NCBI GenBank assembly: GCA_051362555.1
Contig: CM120643.1
Coordinates: 24,680,848 to 24,744,847, forward strand
Length of the DNA stretch: 64,000 bases
Direction: 5' to 3'
Source: Lingula anatina
Taxonomy: Eukaryota; Animalia; Brachiopoda
Shown: positions 11,401 through 36,699 of the stretch, in pieces
Numbering within the stretch: the first letter of the stretch is position 1
Layout of the letters: each line of letters starts with the position of its first letter
Made by a program: the position numbers and the translations under genes
The notes under the pieces: model-generated
Seen by the model: only the letters and a program-made list of their open reading frames with translations
Database searches by the model: none
What the model was told of the DNA's origin: nothing

Positions 11401-12425
11401 CTACTGTTATCTGTTACTTTAAATATTTTCTGGATTGTCCTATTGTGAATGCTGCACATTTTTGATAAACAATTTTTCAGACATTGTAGGTGATTGGTTA
11501 CGGTACCTCAACTTAGGCTACATCGATAACTGTCTTGGTCAGAAGAAAGGCTTCAATACACCTACTAGTTATTATGTTGTGGTAACAACAGAAATAAACA
11601 TCTGTTAAATAAATTGGGGTTTTATGATTCCCCGTTATCAGATTTGGGGTATATTCCTTTAATCCTGCAGTATTTTTATCAAGATTTATGATATTTGGTT
11701 TCGTAACAATTTTGGCCAAAAAGTCCATTTAAGTATTAACAAATTATGTTAGAGCTTACAGTTTCCTTGCTGCACTTGTCTCTTGGTAATGGAATGGTGA
11801 AAGTTTGTTGCATTTTGCTCAGGAACAGTAATAGTTTGGGCATCAAGCTTCAACTTGATTTTCTGAATGTCTGACTAATTAAAAAGGTTTGATAAGACTT
11901 TTTAGTATCTATGCCATTTAAATATATGGAAATAATAGAATGTAGGCTGTTTAAGTTGTCAAAATTTTTTTTATTATTGACAAGAGTGAAGAGAGACAAG
12001 GGATAGCAGGAGCGGATTCAGGCCGTCTTCTGAGTCTTCCGGAAGACAGTCAGATTTTCAAGTTTACATTGACGGGTATCTATTTTTTGTCGGAAGACGG
12101 TCAAAAAGGGATGATGGATCAACAAAGTTAATTTGGAAGACTGTCAGAAAAACATCTCTGGATCCGCCCCTGGATATAACTTGGAAAATTCACAATCATA
12201 CAATTAGGCAAGTTGTGAAGCACAAAATACCTTAAGTTGTCTGTTTTCCTGTTTTACTGCAGCAACCTCTGCCTCCAACCTTTTCAGGAATGCTATCTCT
12301 CGTTCTTGCTTGTCCAGTCTTTCAACCAGTTTCATCAACACATCATTATTGACATCAGCATGATGTTGTAAAGTTGATGCAGAGACAGTAGCAACAATAA
12401 GGGCAGTGAATACATGAAAATACAT
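7817..12425 (-). CDS. Short-chain collagen C4-like secreted protein, copy B (complete, ~413 aa)
   Basis: Exons 12425-12231, 11874-11760, 11363-11269, 10941-10872, 10442-10360, 9890-9791, 8624-8535 and 8310-7817 join in frame (1242 nt). Product: signal peptide, coiled-coil, short Gly-X-Y runs, then the Cys-rich domain GGAVYTRWGRTTC...GGGSNYLCL...DAPCAVC...CPAGWTTEYNGYL...CGSLPCPPY..GRELPCVVCTK. Exon 10941-10872 is the least certain. Confidence 0.88.
8392..8453. repeat. (TA)n microsatellite
   Basis: Perfect TA run in the last intron of collagen copy B. Confidence 0.95.
8735..9530 (-). mobile_element. 5'-truncated RTE-like LINE fragment (reverse transcriptase C-terminus, pseudogenised)
   Basis: GGRNINNLR*ADDTVL (YADD motif with a stop), MNTNKTKV, FKYL, PVLTYSCET, YFGHIARH and RRRGRQ, plus a short (GGAT)n tail near 8735-8747. 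Intronic. Confidence 0.88.
12007..12172. mobile_element. MITE (CAGGGGCGGATCCAG TIR family), copy 1
   Basis: TIRs CAGGAGCGGATTCAG / CTGGATCCGCCCCTG with imperfect 5-bp TSD GATAG/GATAT. Absent from the paralogous intron (~1005-1015). Second copy at 32336-32491. Confidence 0.85.
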
Positions 12426-13079
12426 GATGTACACTCGTCCGTAGTCTCTAAGACCCTGACTTGGCTGAGGCAACTATAACCCTTATATTGCTTAAGCCAT
12501 GATTTATTGAATGGACATGTCAAACGTTTACAATGTGGGTCTAAGAAAGTTGGTTTTCTACAAATATTTGATAACTGATAGTTTAAGGGCAGCAGCTTAT
12601 AATTTTTCTATAAATCACGTGTAACTCTTGATAACCAGTGACACATTCAAAGACCAACCTCTTACTCATCAGTTTTCCATTATTATACTCTTTAAAGTAA
12701 GTTACAACTGGGCACCACAAGGTTCACTTTTAAATATAAATTACTGAATTCATCCAGGCACATGGAAGCACTTAACTTTAAATCTCAAATAATGTTAATA
12801 TATTGTATGTACAAACATCTACCATTTAATTAAGCATGTACGTACATATTTATAGATTTTTAAAAACATTTTACCCATATAACAACTCTTTTCAAATGTA
12901 TTTCATGCAAATGAACTGTAAAAGCTAGCTTTTGTTTGTTTGTTTGTTTGTTTTGGTTCCAAAACATTTTGCACTATTCATTTCTTATTTGATTTCTATA
13001 ATAATTAACTTCATATTTTCTCACCATTCTTTCCTTCAAATTATGTTTTCTAGATGGAAGAGGTAACATGATATAATTA

Positions 13080-13313
13080 CACACACTGGACATTATAGAA
13101 GTGTCACCCCCTGAATCAGAGTATTCAAAGTTATTAACCTGAAGAGGCGGAATATAAGCAATGTCAGAATATCGATACAGTTGAATTGTTCAGTCAGAAC
13201 CGTTTCTTTTGTGAAATTTGATGTTAATAAAATGATACCAGGAGCATATCATTCCACAGTCATTTATCTCCCCCAAAGTATTGGTTCAGTAGGGGTGACA
13301 CTTCCAGTGTGTG
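13080..13313. mobile_element. TA-flanked MITE (Tc1/mariner-type)
   Basis: Inverted ends CACACACTGGA..AAGTGTCACCCC / GGGGTGACACTTCCAGTGTGTG, with TA on both sides. Confidence 0.65.
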
Positions 13314-14095
13314 TATGTTTCAAGAAGCTTTGATATTCGTTAGCATTTGGTCACTTAGCTACAGTTTGTTCTAGTTCAAATATTCAAACATCATTCTGAA
13401 AAAATATTAAAATTATTGTGCAAGGCCACATACATATGCCCATTAAAAATCATAAGTGGTTAGGAAAACTGTGTTTTAAATTAATCTGAATTGGTAACCT
13501 ACACAAGTGTTAAAACACTATCAGTTTGAAAATACATTTTCCATTGATACTTTCAGCACCTATTTTGCTAGCCTTAATTATCCTTGGAATCTTGAAGTAC
13601 ACAAGTGTTAGAATTCTAAACACTGAGTCTGTCAAAATTCATTTTCCAAAACATTTTCAGCCCCTTTACCAGCTTTACCTCCCAGAATGTGTTAGTTGTT
13701 CTGTCTCAACCATTGTGACAAGATGTCTGAGACATTGTGCTTACTATTCACTTTGATTTATTACTGTCTTGATAAATGCAGTCTGCTTCGAAGAATTATA
13801 GTGCAAGTTCTTCAGAAACTATTTTTATTTCTTTTCATGTGACATATAATTCTAGATACCGGGTCTTTGTGTTACCATACTTTATGATAATATGTAAACT
13901 ATGTACTTACCGCTGGTACATGTATATGTAGATTGAACTATATGCTACATGTATTCACAACCACAATTTTGTCGTGAGAAGTCATTAAACCATCTTTCTC
14001 TTTTCCTCTTTAGAAGAAATATGTCCAAACGTAAACTATGTACAGAATATTAATCTTTACACATTTAAAGAAAAATACATTTTGTGTCCTTGCAG

Positions 14096-14125
14096 ATGGA
14101 AATACAAGTTATTTGTCACCCCTAG
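14096..14125 (+). pseudogene. Remnant of the ITFG1 penultimate exon in duplication copy B
   Basis: TTGCAG|ATGGAAATACAAGTTATTTGTCACCCCTAG (WKYKLFVTP), then a short tandem repeat and a jump to sequence matching 4022 onward. Confidence 0.75.
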
Positions 14126-14959
14126 TTATTTGTCACCCTAGTACAAATTGGATCAATATAGTGATATAATATATTCACTTCAACTTGTAAGACCTAGATT
14201 TATAAGCTAAATCAACCAGTTTATAGAGAGTAATAATATTATTTATTTAAGAAATTTAACTGAATGTTGTTTTTTTTCAGCTTGATATTATTCTTAAATG
14301 TAAGTCTGCATTACTTTAAGGAGATGTTATATACCTATTAAAATGTCTGAGAGCTTCTTAGCTAAGGTTATTATATTATAATATTTCAGTGGAAAACATG
14401 ACTGCATGGACTTTTTGATATTTCATTAGTATATTCAATTGGAGGTTGGTAAAAAAAATGTTACATATTTTCTTGTTTGAATATATATATATATATTTTT
14501 GTTTTGTCTTCAAGTAAAGCCAATCAGTGCTCTTTGCATTAAATGTTGAGGTTACAATGTACATGTATCTCTAACATTGGTGACTTCAGAGAAGTCGACC
14601 TCAAGGGAACTTTTCTACAGAAATCGACAAATAATTCTAAGCCATTTTAAACAAAAGCCTAGCTGTCACTTTTTTTCTTTTTTAACTATTTTATTTTCTA
14701 CTTAATATTGATTGAGCAATAAATGAGAGAAAAAAATTATGCTGGTTGTGATACATGCATTCATTCTCAGAAGTAAAGGATAAAATTAGTTATAGTTGTT
14801 CATACTGAGTGTTTAAACATAAAAAGGACTAAACACAAGCTTAGTTATAGAAAAAAAACAAGGAATTTATGAAATGCACTGCAAATATTGCATATTTAAA
14901 CCTGGTTGGATTCTAATTAAAGTACCAAAAACATCAACAGAACAAGTCGGATGAACCAT

Positions 14960-15076
14960 CCATGGAAACAAGAGGAGGCAGGTTAATTTTTTAATCTGAT
15001 TGCATTCAGCGAGAGTCCTTGCGCAGTGGGATCGATCTACACAGACCGATAATTTCATTAGGAACGAGTCCCTAAA
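14960..15076. repeat. Half-copy of the palindromic MITE at 62501-62738
   Basis: The ATCTGATTGCATTCAGC...GATCGATC...ATAATTTCATTAGGAACGAGTCCCTAA arm matches 62650-62740. Further fragments lie at ~20625-20725 and ~52415-52452. Confidence 0.6.
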
Positions 15077-15692
15077 CGTGAGAAACAGTAGCCTTGGTGG
15101 CATGCCTATTCAATTCGTGCTTGTCCTTGTAGCACAAGTGGTTAAAAAAAAAAATGCGGTAGACAGTTTTCTCCCTGTCATAAATGTAGACATTTTATTT
15201 TTGTATAAAATTGACTGAAGATTTGTCCCCCAACCGGCACGAATTCATCATCCGTTTTAATACTTAATAGTACGGTACATGTAGTGGTATATTGCACCTG
15301 TAGGTAAGTTAGCGTATTTCATTTTTTATGTGCGATCTAATGAATTTTTGGTGTAATGCACCTAAGACTTTAGAATTTATCGGAGTGAAGAGGAATTTGC
15401 AATTATGGTTATAAATTGGGTACAACAGAACTTGGCCCTAAAAAAAACAAAAACAAAAAAAACATCGGACTTAATTGAATACAACTTTAGCCGGTTTTGG
15501 AATAAAAACACTTCAGAATAGCGAGATTAACCTAATCAGTTTTCCAAATATCGTCACTAGCCGATATGCAGAATCTAAAAACGTAAAATGCTGTGTCCGG
15601 GACTCTGGGAAGACCCGAAAAGGGTGTGTTACCTTATCAGGGCCAACTCCCGTGTCAGGGAATTCCCAGCCTCGTTATGGATTCTTACCTTT

Positions 15693-15700
15693 TGACGTCA
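15693..15700 (+). promoter_or_regulatory. Palindromic CRE (TGACGTCA) in the probable LRP12-like promoter
   Basis: Perfect CRE ~200 bp upstream of the predicted ATG, in a locally CpG-rich patch. Confidence 0.45.
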
Positions 15701-15904
15701 TGTCAATATATTCAAAACGAGGCTATAGTAAACATGGCTGTGTGACTGATAAACTAAGAGCAGGAAGTTTTTTGTTATGTTTTGCCAAAAAGAATAACCA
15801 GTGCTTAGATCAGAGACACAGTAGGACCAAACTATATATGGAACCATATATATTGTTAACAAGTATTCTATCTGTGACTTATTACATAGAGAAAATCGAC
15901 TGAA

Positions 15905-28463
<12,559 letters not shown>

Positions 28464-31400
28464 AGATGAATAAGAATTTTTGTAGATTTTAGGAGGAAAG
28501 GTTTTATTTGTGCTTATTGTTATCATTATTATTATTATCAAAAATCAATTGTAATTGTGTGTTCAAAGATAATTTAAATTTTAACACAAACATATAATTT
28601 TAGTCCATATTTTTTAAACATGACATTTTGTTTGACTTTGATTTTAAAAATAGAGGGTAAAATTGCAATTTGCTAATCGCAAATCATATTAAGGATGTTC
28701 AGTTCCAAAAAAAAAAAAAAGAAATGCAGGATCTGCTTACCACTAAAGAAGTTGATTTTTGTTTAATTACTAAAGTGTTGAAGAGGATTTAAGCAGTGCA
28801 GAACAATAAAGTAATGTGCAGGGTGGCCGTGATTTTGAAATAAGGAGCCCAAGTTTCTTTCCTTACTGAGATGGGCTCCAATAACAAAAATCTGAAAAAA
28901 AATTAGTCCAAAATTTACATAGGTAGTCCAAAAGACAGCTAGCCAAATGCCCTGGTAATGTGTAAACAAAAGTAATAACAACTGAAATTGCATGACTTAT
29001 TTTAACTTAAGAAAATTGATGATCTGGCATTTAAATAACTGTTATATTTATAAGCTCTTTTTAATCCTGAGTCACTGGTGGGATGGTAAAACAAGACTGT
29101 AATTTGTAAATTGGTTTCACAAGAAGCTACTTAGACATTTCTTCTTCACTGCCAATTTTTTCAAAGAAGTTTATAAACACAGCACAAATACACAAGCAAT
29201 AGAAGTTGATATTCTAAAAGTTTTCAGTATAGTTTCAAGATTAAAACACGGTCATCAAATGGGGATTCTCCACAAGGAGAATTCTGGATTAAGTTCTTGC
29301 TATTTAAAGTTAACAAGAGGTTTTTAATTCACTGACAAGTAATATTTGTGACATTTGGCACATTGTTTTTGTATGATATGCATAATGTAAGCATCGTACA
29401 ACTGAACATTTTGAGGGGCATGTGTCACCCACCACATCAGGATTCACAGAATTTTTTCTGTAGAATGGAAAATGCCCCCCCCCCCCCCCCCTATTTTTTA
29501 CTTGTCAGACATTTAGGTTCAATGGATGTAGATTTGATGTTTAATTTTGAACAAATGCAATAAAATGTCTGTCGCCCTTACGAGTCCTCCAAGACACTAG
29601 TTTACATATGTAAATATAATTTATCCTGCTGTCAATTTGACAGCAACAGGTGATTGTTATCATGTTAATTAAGCATCGTACAACAATTAAACTGCAAGCA
29701 ATTTTTACAGTACTTGTATAGTGTACAAAAGGTTGACTTTGAAATATGTGTTAAAATGTTGACTATGTATTGTTTTTGTGTGCTATTTTCTGTATCCTGG
29801 ATGTTATAGGTAATGCACTATAATTTCATCCAGTTCGGTTCATTGAGTATGGTCAATTGAAATTTGAGTAAATTGACAAGTCTTAGAGTCTTTTTTTTAA
29901 AGCTCTGTTGCTCTCATCCCAAGGTTAAGAAATTATGAGAAACTTATCTCTGTTATCAGCAATTACTAGACACAGCAAGAGGTGTGATGATGATGATTAC
30001 TGGGTTGGTTGGCTGGTTTCCAGTAAATTTTGAAATTTAGATTGGTTTCACAAAGTCAGCACTATTTTCTATTGACATACCAGTGATTTGGGTGATTTAC
30101 TGGTAAATTTTAGCAGAAGCATTTCATTTTAGATGTTAGGAAAGGCTGTGTGAAACTGAGCAAGGAATTGAGAGAGATGGTGATCAGAGATTCTGCTCAA
30201 TTCTTAGATTCCCACATGCTGAATGTGCTGATAGATGAGCAGTGGAGGTGCACCACCAAACTGTGGACCAAAAACATCAGATTTTATCAAAAGTCTTGTT
30301 TTTGTGAAGTTTAATCATCATCAGTTGAAAGATGTGGATTTTTGCTGCTTTACATGATCATGAGTAACTGGTAGATTTTATTTATTAATAATAGCAATAG
30401 CACTGTATATAAAACATTGATTTACACCCTTATTTAAGTGCAATGTATTTGCATTTTTGCACATTATCCTAGAATTGAAAACAAAAGACATCATTTATAT
30501 TTCATGTAATCAAGAATCAAGAAATGGCAATTACTTACAAAAATGAATGGATTTTTTTTTTTTCTTTTTTTTTGTTTTTTGTTTTTCCCCACTTTTTATT
30601 TAAAGCGAAGTAGATAAAAAGGTGCTTTCTCAACAATATCAACATATCTGCTTTTCTGTTCTTGAACTGATGACATGCAACCAGCAGAATATATAATTAT
30701 GTTCATTTTATGCACAAGCTTACTACCTATAGGAAATTGTATATGAGTGATTTGAACCTATGGTTGAAGCCCATTTATGTGGTCCAATTGCATATTTAGC
30801 AGATCAGGCAGGTCCCTTAGAATAGACTTTTTAACAGGATTTTATTTATTTATTTATACAATTCATATAATCTGTTCTCTATTTTGCCTTATGGAAACAT
30901 TGTTTTTATTATTTTTTTATGTGATGGATACTTACACTCTTTCATAATGGAATTATAAAATCTGTTGAAATTCTGAGAAATAAAAAGTCATGTTTAGAGT
31001 TGAATTTTATGGTTTCCTCCGATTTTTAATAACAAGCCCTCTTTGAAGTTTAGAAGAAACATTTATATACAAAAGTTAGATCATTCACATAAAAGCTTAT
31101 TTACACAACTCGGTACATAAAAAACAACACACGAGCTTTTACAACAAGTTCTAATTAAAGCAGTTGTTTGCATGATAATATCCCTTTGGTCACTTTATCA
31201 ATTAAATTTTGTAATCGCTGTACCAATTGATAGAAAAATTGTTCTCACATGAAAAATTACTCTAACAAGAAAATGTAAGTTGCAAACCTTTGAGAATACA
31301 AAGTTTACTTGTGTCCATGCTACATTTATCAATCTGAAGGACTGGTGCTTTCTACAACTTTCATCTTATTCAATCTCTTAATAAAATAAAATTGTACCCA

Positions 31401-32335
31401 GCATGGCCCTTAACTATATATGCAGCTCCCTCTACACTGAACATGAATGGATCACTAACTCACGATTTTCATCAATTTTTTTATTGAAATGTATGAAAAT
31501 TGTACCCCAAGTATCAGAACTGAAAAGGTAACTTGCCTCCACCCAGCATCCTCTCTGTTTTATGCTAAAAATAGATTGAGGTGGGTTTCCAGTACTTTGT
31601 AACACAAGGTGACAACAAATCTTTAATTTATCCATGATTTTTTTAAAACAATTTTTTTAACATTCTTACCCACGTTAACATACACGTCAAATTACTGGGC
31701 TAACAAACAAACAAAAAAAAAAAAAACTACTCTGTAGTTGGATGATAGAGAGCTTTAAAATTTTAATAAGGGCTGCATAATTGCAAATTATCCAGCCCTT
31801 TGTGTATTACATTCAAAATAAAAATGTACCAAAAATACAGATTTTATTTAAAATTAACTAGAATGTCTTGCATGAATTTCAAATATATCTCTTGATTTTG
31901 CTTTATATACATATATTTTTTCTGTATAAATAATAATTTATCTATCCATCAATGCACCATGCAGGTTTGAGATACATGAAAATTATTTTAATACTCCCAT
32001 GTAACATGTACCAGTCACCAGTAGCCAGAGATGTGCAATGCAGCCAAACCTGAGTTTGAATATTCTATGTTTGGAATATTGTCCTAAAGTGGCCTGCCGA
32101 GAAAATATGTCATTTGCAGCAAAATTATTTTTCCAAATATTCATTTTGATAAGGATGTTAGTCAGGGATAATCAATGTTCTGTCAAGGGATTAAACTGAA
32201 GAAAGAGCAGACACTGCTGTAAGGTGCTTGATTCTGCATCTACAGCAGAACTCTGAGCATCATCGCCATCTTCATCATCTTCATCATCATAATTTTGGTT
32301 ACAAGAGCCAGACTGAGATTTGCAAAACAGAAATT

Positions 32336-32491
32336 CAGGGGCGGATCCAGAGATATTTTCTGACAGTCTTCCAAATTATCTTTGTTGATCCATCTTCCTT
32401 TTTTGACCATCTTCCAACAGAAAAAATGTATATCCGTCAATGTAAAGCTGAAAATCCAGAAGACCCAGAAGATGGCCTCAATCTGCCCCTG
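32336..32491. mobile_element. MITE (CAGGGGCGGATCCAG TIR family), copy 2, in the probable 3' UTR of the DUF4476-like gene
   Basis: Reverse-complement homologue of 12007-12172, with flanks AAATT/GAATT. Confidence 0.85.
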
Positions 32492-32559
32492 GAATTTTGT
32501 GGTAGAACACAACCTGAACAGCCCCGCATCAATTCATTAGTCACAAATCTTATTTCCCA

Positions 32560-35500
32560 CTAATATCCAGTTGGTGACAACCCCGGAAACCCAGTGGGTG
32601 CGGGTGCACCCCCATGGTAACCCAGAGGTGGTCCTCCTGCAGGGTAGCCAGTCTGAAATGTGAAGGGTTCCACCCCCTGTGTTCCTGGGTACCCTCTCAC
32701 CTCCTGGTATGATTTATCTGGAGGGTAGGCGTAGGACGGGTGACCCGTGTAAAACGAGGGCACAACACCAGGTTCTGCCTGAGGGGGGATTTCTATTTTT
32801 CCTTGGCCCTGGAAGATGGAGGTTTTGACAGTCACAGCACTGATTTCATTTTCCATATGTTTTTTGAGATTAAATGTTCTGTCATTTAAAAGATAAAAGG
32901 ACTGAAATTGCCAGGTGTACACCATCATGGTGAAAGTGAGCAAAGTACTGCTCAATCTATCTTGTACGGTAACTTCCCTTCTTTGTTTATTTTTTTAAAA
33001 ATAAATTGACTCACTCACTTTTTTTATATATTCATTCATTTATTTCTCTTGTATTTATTTATTTATTTATTTTTTTATATTTATTTATTCCGTAAACAAA
33101 TTTATAACCAATATCTTATCTTTATTTGTGTTTGATCTCTTTGTACAACAACTACCAGTACCTACCGGTATAGTTAGAACCTGTTGTGCTATGCTTCCAT
33201 ACAGCTGGGGTACCAGGGGTCTGGCTTGTGTATACAGTCCCCCCAGGGCTGCATACCCCTGGTGTCCTCCTGCCGGGACAGCATCTGCCACATCCGACCT
33301 CACCTAAAATGAACAGAAGATGATGACGTCATGCCTGATATCACATGTGACTTGTGATGTCACTGATGGTGATGTCATCTCTGATGTCATATATGTGTGT
33401 CGTGATGTCACAGATAGAAAATGTGACCTCAAAATGAAATTAATGGGACATGCTGTTATGAATGTCATGCATGTTGTTACCTTTGATGATGCCACATTAA
33501 ATAATATGACTTTACCTAAATTGGTGGGAAATATGGCCCTATTGTGCATAACATGACGGAATTTAATTTTCCCAACTACACAGAAAAATTATATACTGGT
33601 AGGTAAATTGATACTTACTGTGTTTAAAATTGACATTGCTCTCATTTTATCTCCTTCATAAGTAAAAGCACTTAGGATATATTCTACGCCTACTCTGCTT
33701 TGGCAGTCCACTAATGCCCTGCAATATATATGAAACATTAAAATTAAGCACTGAAATGGACACGCATTTTTTTCTAAACTCTGAGGTTATATATTTGCTG
33801 TAAGTATGAAAAAAATATTTAGCGTCAAATAATTTAGCATTATCATGTGAATATTATGAAATATGTTTTTGTGTTCCCTTACCTTTTTATACAGTCTAAT
33901 AGAATGAGTTTGTCATTGTGTACACTGGCAGAAGCAATTATTTCCCTTGCTTGGTCACAGTTCATACGACACAATCTCTGTGGGGAAAAACAAAATAAAG
34001 ATCAATGCATATTACTTTATGTAACAGTATTTTGCCTCACCTTTACGCATAACTGATAGAGATGGGATTTTTTCCTTATGCTATCCATTTCTTTTCAGAA
34101 GTTGATTAAGGTACTTCAAAATTAAAATGAAGCTAAACTTGATGTGGATGATATAAATAGCCATAGAACTCCTACTGTTTTGAGCCTACCTATATAATGC
34201 TGAAGTTCAATGTTTTTGGGCAAATGTAAAATACCATTTACTAATAGATGTTTTAAACAAAAGCATATTTAGGTCATCAAACTGATCTATAACTCTCTTC
34301 AATTTTTCAGAGTAAGGTAACCAAAATAAATTAATGTTTCATTAAGTTATCAAAAAGAGAAACCAAAATCTGTTTTAAAACGATATTAGAAGTGGTTTTT
34401 CTGTTGAAAATTTGTGAAACTGATTACAACAGTGCCTGGCTCTACTCACAGGTTCCATGATCTGCATAGCTCTGACTTTGTCTGATGGAATGGCAAATGC
34501 ATTGAGCATAGAAGAAACCTGGAACAAACAGAAAAGTTTCGAACTGCTTAACATCATCAAACCTTTCCAGCCTGCAGGGTTTACTGGTGCTTCTCTCAAA
34601 CAGTATTATATAGGGTAGATCTAACTGGATAGACAGGTCAACTGTGGGTTAATATACACACTCATGGCTTGTGAGACTGATAAACTACATATGAAATTGT
34701 CTTGGTTCAAAAATAAATGTAAAAACATACTTTCTTTAAGTATAAATGAAATTAAGTAAAAAAAAAAAAAAGAACCACTCCTGAGTGCATGAAGATAAAT
34801 GAAACATGTAGTTCTGTTTTCTTTAGCTACAATACAGAAATGTTCTTTTGTTCAATTTTTCTAAGGTTCTAAGCATAGAAAAAAGGTAAGCATTATATAT
34901 CTACAGAATCAAACTTCAATGCAAAAAAATCCATCAAATTTCATTTCCCTAATCTCTGCTGGAACATATCATAAAAGCCACTGCGTTATTGATCAATGTC
35001 AAGTACCAGTACCTCCAGACAGCATGAGATCAATACATCATTATTGATAGCCAGAAAACATTATATACTTCATATGTCTTGTAAGAATGGCATGAGAATG
35101 TAATGTTAAAAGAAACTTATATTTCATATGCTACATGTATCAATCACAGACTGGAGGATGTGGAAACAGTTTTTACTTAAATCAACACTTTCAGTGTTTT
35201 ATCAAATTAATATATAGATTGTATGACAATAAGTTATTTCATGAAACAACTTTTTTATTTAAGATATTCTTTCTTTCAAGTTGGTGAGATGGATAAAAGA
35301 GAAAACCGTACATGTACATGTGTTAAAGTCCAAAATGTAATGTGCATTACCTGATTGGCATTATAATAACCTTTGGCAGAAAACAAGATTTCTAACTTCT
35401 TCTGTGATGAACCGGTCTCCTAAAATCAACAAAAAAGGGTTTTTCAGAATTGTTAACTTATGTTTGAAGATTTCTAAGACAGCAATAGTACATTTGATAC

Positions 35501-36649
35501 TTCATATATATATATAAACATCTAGATATACTTTATCAGGAATAAATTGTCCTGCTAAAGTATCATTTTGTTAAAAAACTTTAAATTAGTAAGAATCGAA
35601 TAAATTAATCTTTTTGTATTAAAAATGAAAAATAAATGAATGATAAAAGCTACATAAAAATCACATACTATTCTAAAAAAGTTAAAGCTAGGGGTAAATT
35701 GGTAAAAAAAATTTAAAGGTAAATGATTAAAAAAATAATAAGATCTGTGCTTTTTCATTGGCAATCTGTTTGAACTCTAAGAATGCCATAACATGGGTAA
35801 AACTTTTGTCAAAAACTGAAGACCTGTATGCAAACTCTTCAGTCTACTGGACTTGCAGATCTAAGAAACTACTCTCCTTAATAAGAACTAACTAGTCCCG
35901 AGAAAAAATTTACCAATACTAATATTGGAAATTATTGACTTACAGGTATGGCATCTACTTGAAATTCCACAAGTCAGATTAGACTGGTAACTTTGACAAG
36001 TCTAATTATTTTACTAACCTCCATATCTGCTGTCAAATCAAGAAAATAGGTTCAGGCCAACCATTGACTTATGTTGTTCATTGATTCACACACAGAAACA
36101 TCAGTACCATTATATATTGTAATTCTGAATTGTCCCCTATTTTACCTCAAACAATATTTCTTGTACCAAAAGATATGATAGGAAGATTAACACACATGTA
36201 CATTACTCCATAGAGCTGAGTAAATTATTTATCTCAAAATCCTCAAGTTGAATTTTTCACATAAAATGTGTACAAAAAAAAATTCTAACACTGTAGCTGT
36301 TACGCATGGCAGTTTTCTCAACAAAAAAAAAAGTATTAGCAGAAATAGAATAAAAGTTGTGATCCTACATTGTAATTCTTCATAATAAGAAAAGGAATAT
36401 TTTAATTTCGCTGTAACTTTTTCATAAAGAAACCAGAATGAAATGGAATCTGTGACATTGACAAACCAAGTGCAATCGTAAACACTCAAGCTGTATGTGT
36501 ACTACATGTACATGTATTGGCATTCAAATATAAATCAGTAAACATGTTAGTAAACATAAACAAAGCGCCGTGTTTTAATTCATACATACCATCATAATTC
36601 TGTGAAGAAGAGCACCAAACTGCTCTGGATGCATCTGCTCTTTGGCCAT
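32560..36649 (-). CDS. DUF4476-like domain protein (resembles the PROSER1 N-terminus) with Pro/Gly/Tyr-rich tail, ~259 aa
   Basis: Exons 36649-36590, 35419-35351, 34518-34450, 33977-33883, 33718-33619, 33303-33166 and 32808-32560 join in frame: MAKEQMHPEQFGALLHRIMMETGSSQKKLEIL...NANQVSSMLNAFAIPSDKVRAMQIMEPRLCRMNCDQAREII...HNDKLILL...ILSAFTYEGDKMRAMSIL. The repeated 'L.AF....DK..A..IL' pattern suggests DUF4476. Family call is from memory. Confidence 0.8.
33318..33420. repeat. Degenerate TGATGTCA minisatellite in an intron
   Basis: Repeated GTGATGTCA(C/T) units. Confidence 0.6.
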
Positions 36650-36699
36650 AATGATAACTTTCTCTGTTGTGGAAGATCACGCCTGGAATATCTAAGACC

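Larger units (their letters stand above)
11140..14170. repeat. Tandem segmental duplication, copy B (paralogous to ~230-4045)
   Basis: See copy A. Lacks the 2080-2625 MITE and the ~960 bp carrying most of the ITFG1 exons, and has its own extra sequence at 12007-12172 and ~12925-13365. Confidence 0.9.

Noticed and set aside
15475-15903. 142-aa ORF upstream of the LRP12-like gene
   Set aside because: Non-ATG start, spans the promoter and has no motifs. Only its ATG-initiated last 21 codons are kept as a uORF candidate.
35824-36001. Alternative first coding exons for the DUF4476-like gene
   Set aside because: The exon-like segments do not join in frame to 35419, whereas exon 36649-36590 does.
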